The notes beneath the pieces were generated by a model. That model was not told where the DNA came from. It ran no database searches and worked only from the letters and a program-made list of their open reading frames with translations. DNA of 56,702 nucleotides, counting the filler, from Sphacelaria rigidula (Eukaryota): the NCBI GenBank assembly GCA_964200075.2. It is 5 parts of 5 records of this genome, joined end to end, with 100 filler letters (N's around TTAATTAATTAA, not from the genome) between each part and the next. Parts side by side here need not be neighbours in the genome. Positions count along the whole stretch, not along the records: positions 45,443 to 56,702 come from CAXNAA020005154.1; 4 more parts are not named here. The stretch is one strand, 5' to 3'. Positions 51,001-56,702 of this stretch are shown here, piece after piece (positions within the stretch are counted from its first letter, which is position 1; every line of letters starts with the position of its first letter). The position numbers and the translations under genes were made by a program.

Positions 51001-52368
51001 CGTTGTTGTGTTGTTTCTTCTCCATTTTCTCTACACAAAAATTCAGAGTAAGTACGCATGTGCAGCTCGTGCCCTCACAAATGAGCGGTTTGGCGCAGCT
51101 GGAACAAGCTCTAGGTGTGCGCTATCCCACTGCATTGCTAGCTGTGCTTCTGTACGTTACTCGCTTGTGCGTACAGTACGGTCAGTGACGGTTGTGGGTA
51201 CTCTGAACAAACTTAGTATTCGCGCGATAGCTCCATTCTGTTATTTTTTCCAGTGGTAACGACCAAAGTTTGAATTCCATATGTCTGTTTGCAGATTGAC
51301 TTGGCTCACTATAGTCAACATCTTAATTTCAGTGTTGCAATCCGCGTCGCGTTCAAAACAAAAGTTATCGCCTACAAAGGACGACGCAGGTGTGGAGAAG
51401 ATACAGGCAAACTGCCCCGTGGTGTGATGAAGGCCCTCATCACAGGACAGAATATGGTAGAGTACAATGTTTGCATAAACCGTTGGGCTGCGTTCCTGTG
51501 TGATGTGTGTGCAAAAGAATGCAAGGGAGATTATGCTGCTGCCCGTCTTGAAACTGCACACATGTATGGGGGGTATGGTTATCTCAAACCAAAAAAGAAA
51601 AAATACACGTCTGTTTACTGCTACCGCTGGTGTGCATTGGGTTTCACACCATACCGACGACACGTTTTGTTCTGTCGGTAACACGGTACTAGACAAGACG
51701 TCAGCTCAACGAGTGCTCTGTCACCCATGCTCCTGCACGCTACGAATGCTGTAGCATCACAGCACAGAAAGCGGGAGAACGTGATGCTTGTGTGAACTGC
51801 CGGGCTGGGCTTTGTGTATTTTGCGGGAGAGTGGCAACAGCACAACATGCGCCCCTGAGCGTACGGGCGTACCACCTCGTGTGTGCTATGTCTGTTGACT
51901 TTTTCAAATATTTCTGAAGAGGCGCGCTGAAGATGAATCAAGAAGAAGGAAATTTGTTGATCACGCGGATACTCGCAGTGCAGTATCACTGAATAACAAC
52001 AATAATTGTGTACCTTTGCAGAGGAGAACAGCGCTCGAGCAAAGCAACAGGCTCCTAACTAAGCGTGGAGTGCATCGAGTCATGGCATTCCCGGGAGTGA
52101 GTGTTGTGTCGCAGTGTAACGTGTGGCAAACGTTTTGATGCTAGCTCCCTACTGGACTAGTAGTACTGCTTCCACCATCAACTAATATACCAGTGGCACT
52201 TGCTATTGATACCAAGGAATTGAGCAGATGGTACACCGTATTGCTCGTATATGTACGGCGAACGGGAGAAATGAATCGATTGAGACACTGAAAAATAGTG
52301 CGGAGTTGTGTGCTCAACAGTTGAAGTATTCAAGGCTGTGTTCTCTCTGTAGGGTGCGGTGTTTTGTA

Positions 52369-52760
52369 TGTCCAGGGTATTTTCTAGGGTATTACCCGCA
52401 CTCGGCAGCTCTACGAGTTCTGTAAGAGTTCCACCCCAGTACCCGACAGTCCTGTAACTTCTGCAGGACTTTCATGCCCCTACCCCATAGTTCTGTGAGT
52501 TTTGTAAGTCTCTCATACCCTTACCAGGGGCACGGGTATACTTTATACAACTACCCGGTTACGGGTACGGTTTTCTGTGCAACCTCCATACCCTACTCGA
52601 CAAGTTCTGAACTTCCGTAGGACTTTCATACCGGTACCCGATAGCTCTGAAAGTTCTGTAAGCCTCCCACACCTCGACCCGAGGTTAGGGTATACCCTCG
52701 TAGATATACCCGATACAGGCATGAGCACAGGTATGTACCCTGGAGGGATGTGGGTATCGG
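52369..52760 (+). repeat. Same satellite-like element, copy 2
   Basis: Starts ccagggtattttctagggtattac...cggcag; repeated ttctgt..gactttcata.cc.tacc units. Confidence 0.75.
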
Positions 52761-53079
52761 TTTAATCCCGACACAATCCAATGGCCTGAACCTGTACCCC
52801 AAACACCCATCAATCAACCCCTCCTCATTCATTCTACACTACACACCCTCCAACTTTCAAATATGTAAATGTCGTACACTGACGGGTTACGGGGTGCAGT
52901 TGAGAGGACACACGAAAAAATGAGCAGCAATGCTGGCCGTCAGGGTGGATTACCTCCAGACTCGAGTGGTGGCTGAACGGTTCATCTGCGTCACCAGGGG
53001 CGTCCAGTTGTAAGGTGAAGGGCATCGACTGTGATGGTGGCCGCGTCCAAGGTTGCATTCTGAAGGGTGCGGTTTTTGG

Positions 53080-53552
53080 ATACCCGGGTACTTTTCTGGG
53101 TATTATACTCATATTCGGCAGTTTTGAGATTTCTGTAAGACTTTAATACCTGTACCCGACAGTTCTGTAACATCTGTAAGATCTTCATACCCCTACCCGA
53201 TAGTTATCTGAGTGCTGTAAGACTTTCATACCGATACTCGACTGTTCTGTGAGTTCGATTGGCCTGCCATACCCTTACCCGATCATTCCATCAGTTCTGA
53301 ACAAAATGTTTACCCTCGCCCGGGGCGCGGGCATGCCCTTGAAAAAAAAACAGTCGCGGGCTCTGTTTCTGTGCAAGATTCATATACCCTACCCGACACG
53401 TTCTGTGAGTTCTGTTAGCCCCTGCATACCGTGCCCGGCAGGTTCTGTACCTTCTATGAGACTTTGATACAGCTACCCTTCAGTTCTGTAAATTCTGTAA
53501 GGAATCTCATACCCTACGGAACATACCCGTACGCTACAGAACACAACCTTGA
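53080..53552 (+). repeat. Same satellite-like element, copy 3
   Basis: Starts cccgggtacttttctgggtatta...cggcag; ends ctacagaacacaacc, like copy 1. Confidence 0.75.
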
Positions 53553-55618
53553 AACTTTTCTTTCCGGGAGGGGGGGCGCGTATATGTCATCCGAAAGTCT
53601 AGTTCACGGAGCCTTGTCTGTTGTATTGATTGAAGATACACACACGGTGGGGGTGAAGGCATCATTTTCGGTTGGTGGCAGCACTCCTTCATGAGTGGGA
53701 GTTTTGAAGATCCGTTGGCTTTGCTGTTCGCGCTGAAGCACCACCACCTGGCGGTCTGAGTCATGCCACGGTAGTCGTTACACATTTATGGCCAGACGTT
53801 CCTCATTGAGGGGCTTCCGGAGTTAGGAGCTTCATAGGAATATGGGTCAAGACATCCCCGTATTCAATTTCATTCGGGATATCCCTAGCCCATTGGACTT
53901 CTAATCGTGGGGTGCTCTCACACATTTCATGAATCGTTTCACGGATGGAATAAAGAGCCTCTGACGATTCAAACCCGAGATATAATATGCGCTACCATAC
54001 CATGGCATGACTCGTCTACCAAAGAATCCAATTCCGGGGTGCACTACATGGAGTTATACAGCAGCCGGATATACCTTCAGAGAAGCAAGATTTTCTGAAG
54101 CTCAAACATGTGTGGTCTGACGCACGACAGCATTTCACCATCAGAGATGTACTGTTCTGAGTCAAGAGCTGAGAGTTTTCGTATCGAGTTGTCCCAGTCA
54201 CAAAAATAAACTCAAAAATGACAGTCTTGTCGATCCTGACGAGTCATCCACTGATCGCTTGTACCGTCGGTTCGTTTCCCAAATGAAGGATTGTATCCTC
54301 GTTTCCGAATGTGAAGGGTTGCAATAGGATCCAAAACATAAATCGCGTTCGAAACACTGCGCTGTGTGAACCAGTGCAGTGTGGACTTCGCTCCAACCTG
54401 GCTCTCTAACCCATGGGTAAATGGTACTTGGCTTATAGTAGTCTGGACAACAATGATCTGATCCTTACAGGGCTCACAGTCCCAAGGGCACGTCGAGCGT
54501 GCTCAGCACGCGTTTTGGCTTAAATCGGCGCCGATTGAAGCTCTGCCGACGCACACCTTGCTTAGGCCACTGTATGCATCCGCCCTACCTGAGGGTTCTA
54601 GGTTTGCCTTTTTTTGTTGAAGTTTGAGGGTAGGCGCATATTATGCTGTTTGACAAGAACAAAACTACTTGTTGAACCAGGAATATGGGAAGCGGAGTTG
54701 GGGAGACCCCCCTCACTGCCGCATCCTACTTTCACACCCACGTGGCCTCGTACGCTCTGTCGGTAGTGAACACTCAATGCTACCTCATGGCCTCTGTTTT
54801 GGATTCGAAATGCGCTGTACTGTGCTGCGTTAGGTACTCTACGTGCATTGCACGCTGCGTGTGTCCGCGTGCTCGTACCGCGTGCTGTCTTACCTGTTCC
54901 ACGAGAGGTCCAAAAAAAGAATGGTACCGGGGACATTTGAAGGCAAGCGATCCAGAGAATTCCTGTTTGCGATCAGTACCACCGGTCTTGACCATAGACG
55001 CAGTGCATTCTCCATATCCTCCACCAACAAAGCCTTACCACCCAAGTCACACAAGAGCACGTGTCTCGGGTCAACACCTATTATTGCCGTCTCCTCCCTT
55101 CTGCGCTCAAATCTGCTCGCGGTGCCCACACTGCGTTCTCCAACAGAAGGCGGTGGTGCGGGGAGCGGGTCTACTGCCAGGACGTCATGCTGACCACGAG
55201 AGTACGCGCTCCCAGCCATCTCAGGCTGCGGAAAGCTTGACATGGAGGAGATCTCGGCGGTAACAAGAGAGTGACTACCGTTTAGGTCACCTCGTGGCAG
55301 GTGGCTCGTCCTTCTACGATGTGGCTAATCCTACCGCATCCTGGAACAAAAGTGTAACCGTCACATGTGTCGGAAAATTCAAGTATCTGAGTGTTACTGT
55401 TTGGATCCCAAAATAAATAAAGATGAAGAGCTTCTGGTGAATCCAAAACACGCGGGACAGGGATTGGATTCAACGGCAACCCTACGGTACCGTAACCCAC
55501 CCATTTCGGTGTTCTTGCCTCGCAAGACCATGCAAAAGATTGATCTCCTGTGGAGCAAGGGAGGAGGTGCCTTGATACAACGGAGAGCACGTGCATAGCG
55601 TAGAGCAGCTGTGCTACA

Positions 55619-56341
55619 ATGAACATGTCTCGCGGCGTCAAGGGTGGACGTGTGTCCTCAAAGTCCGCATCTGCACCGGAACAAGGCTGGGATCCCCCCG
55701 ATCAGTACGTGGACAGGGCAGTAGCTTCCGCAGTTGGCACCAGTAGCAACGACGCGGCATTGCGAAACAGCAGCAGCGTAATTGCGCCATCAGTGACTGT
55801 GTACACCAATATCGCTGGGGCAGTTGCGGTTACGGTGGTCCACGGCGTGCGCGACGGCAGGAGCCGAATTCGTTCCAAACTCCTGCCCGAAAATCCTTTT
55901 AACCCGTTCCGATTCTCCCGCTCTTCTGCTGCTGACAAGACACAAATCGTCGGGACGGATGGGGGACCAAAGGAGTCCGTCCCACAGGTACAGGAGCTAT
56001 TTGAGAATGAGTACGTCCGCTCTTCTGTGGCTGCATGCATCGCTGCGGAGAGCATCAAGGATGGAGTGCGCAAAGAATTGGACAAGTGGGCTTTTCAAAC
56101 GTACGTTCCTATTTCTCTCCAGCTGGGTTTGGAACAACGGGACACATTGAATTTTGTTGATGACACAGGCTGGTTGAGGGTGAAAGCCCAAAATTTAGTC
56201 TCCACTGTGTACAGAATGCAAAACTGGTCCGACAGAAACATACTCCGGAATATTCGGTATCACAGTGACCCCCTCGAGGAAGAGATCAATGTGACATGGC
56301 CAGATTTTTCTTGCGTCCTCTGCCGTGGCGCTGGTGGTTAA
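55619..56341 (+). other. 240-codon ORF of unknown function, possibly transposon-derived
   Basis: ATG-initiated ORF with protein-like composition; no family recognised; flanking frames are broken. Confidence 0.3.
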
Positions 56342-56702
56342 AATGTTTCTCGGCCAATCAAGGGCCTTCAAAATGTTCTGAAATGAAGGATGTGAATTCC
56401 CGACACAAGTTGTACCTGATCATACACCAAATCTCAGTAACTACTATCAGCTAGATAATCTAACACATAAGACAGAGTTGAAAGCAGTTCGTGTGGGATC
56501 GACTTATACCCCCAAAACGTGGTATTATTTCGGTGATGTGGGGTTTTGGCGTTGTCGGATTTCCGCCGAAGGTAGGCATCGAAGACTCGAAAGGTCTTTT
56601 GATGGTTTCCCTTCAAGCTTTTGACTAATAATGCCGAGATAGCCCCCACACACAAAGTGCACCGGAGACCGTCCGACAAACCGGCTGCGATCCCACTATT
56701 GG

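Noticed and set aside
52369-53552. CRISPR-like array
   Set aside because: Units are degenerate with no unique spacers, there are no cas genes, and the context is eukaryotic.

Overview
Eukaryotic, repeat-rich, intron-containing DNA. A brown-algal (Phaeophyceae-like) origin is inferred from gene and repeat style and is not proven. The window is not one locus: it is five contigs of 11,261, 11,261, 11,260, 11,260 and 11,260 bp joined by identical artificial 100-bp spacers (N44-TTAATTAATTAA-N44), so synteny across spacers is meaningless. Two convincing host genes are present. (1) The 5' six exons of a proteasome adaptor ECM29 gene (minus strand, 17682..11826), cut off at the contig end. (2) A long disordered protein ORF (minus strand, 26627..24258) with two KEN boxes, two FDF motifs and a C-terminal helix resembling the Sororin domain; this candidate stramenopile Sororin-like cohesin regulator is the most interesting signal. 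The rest is mobile-element debris: a degenerate RTE-type LINE interrupted by a TA-flanked MITE, several orphan copies of its 3' tail, a tRNA-derived SINE-like head, an hAT-type element with an 8-bp TSD nested in a palindromic MITE, several foldback/MITE elements, decayed Ty3/gypsy and copia pol fragments (one with integrase upstream of the RT tail/RNase H), and satellite-like repeats.
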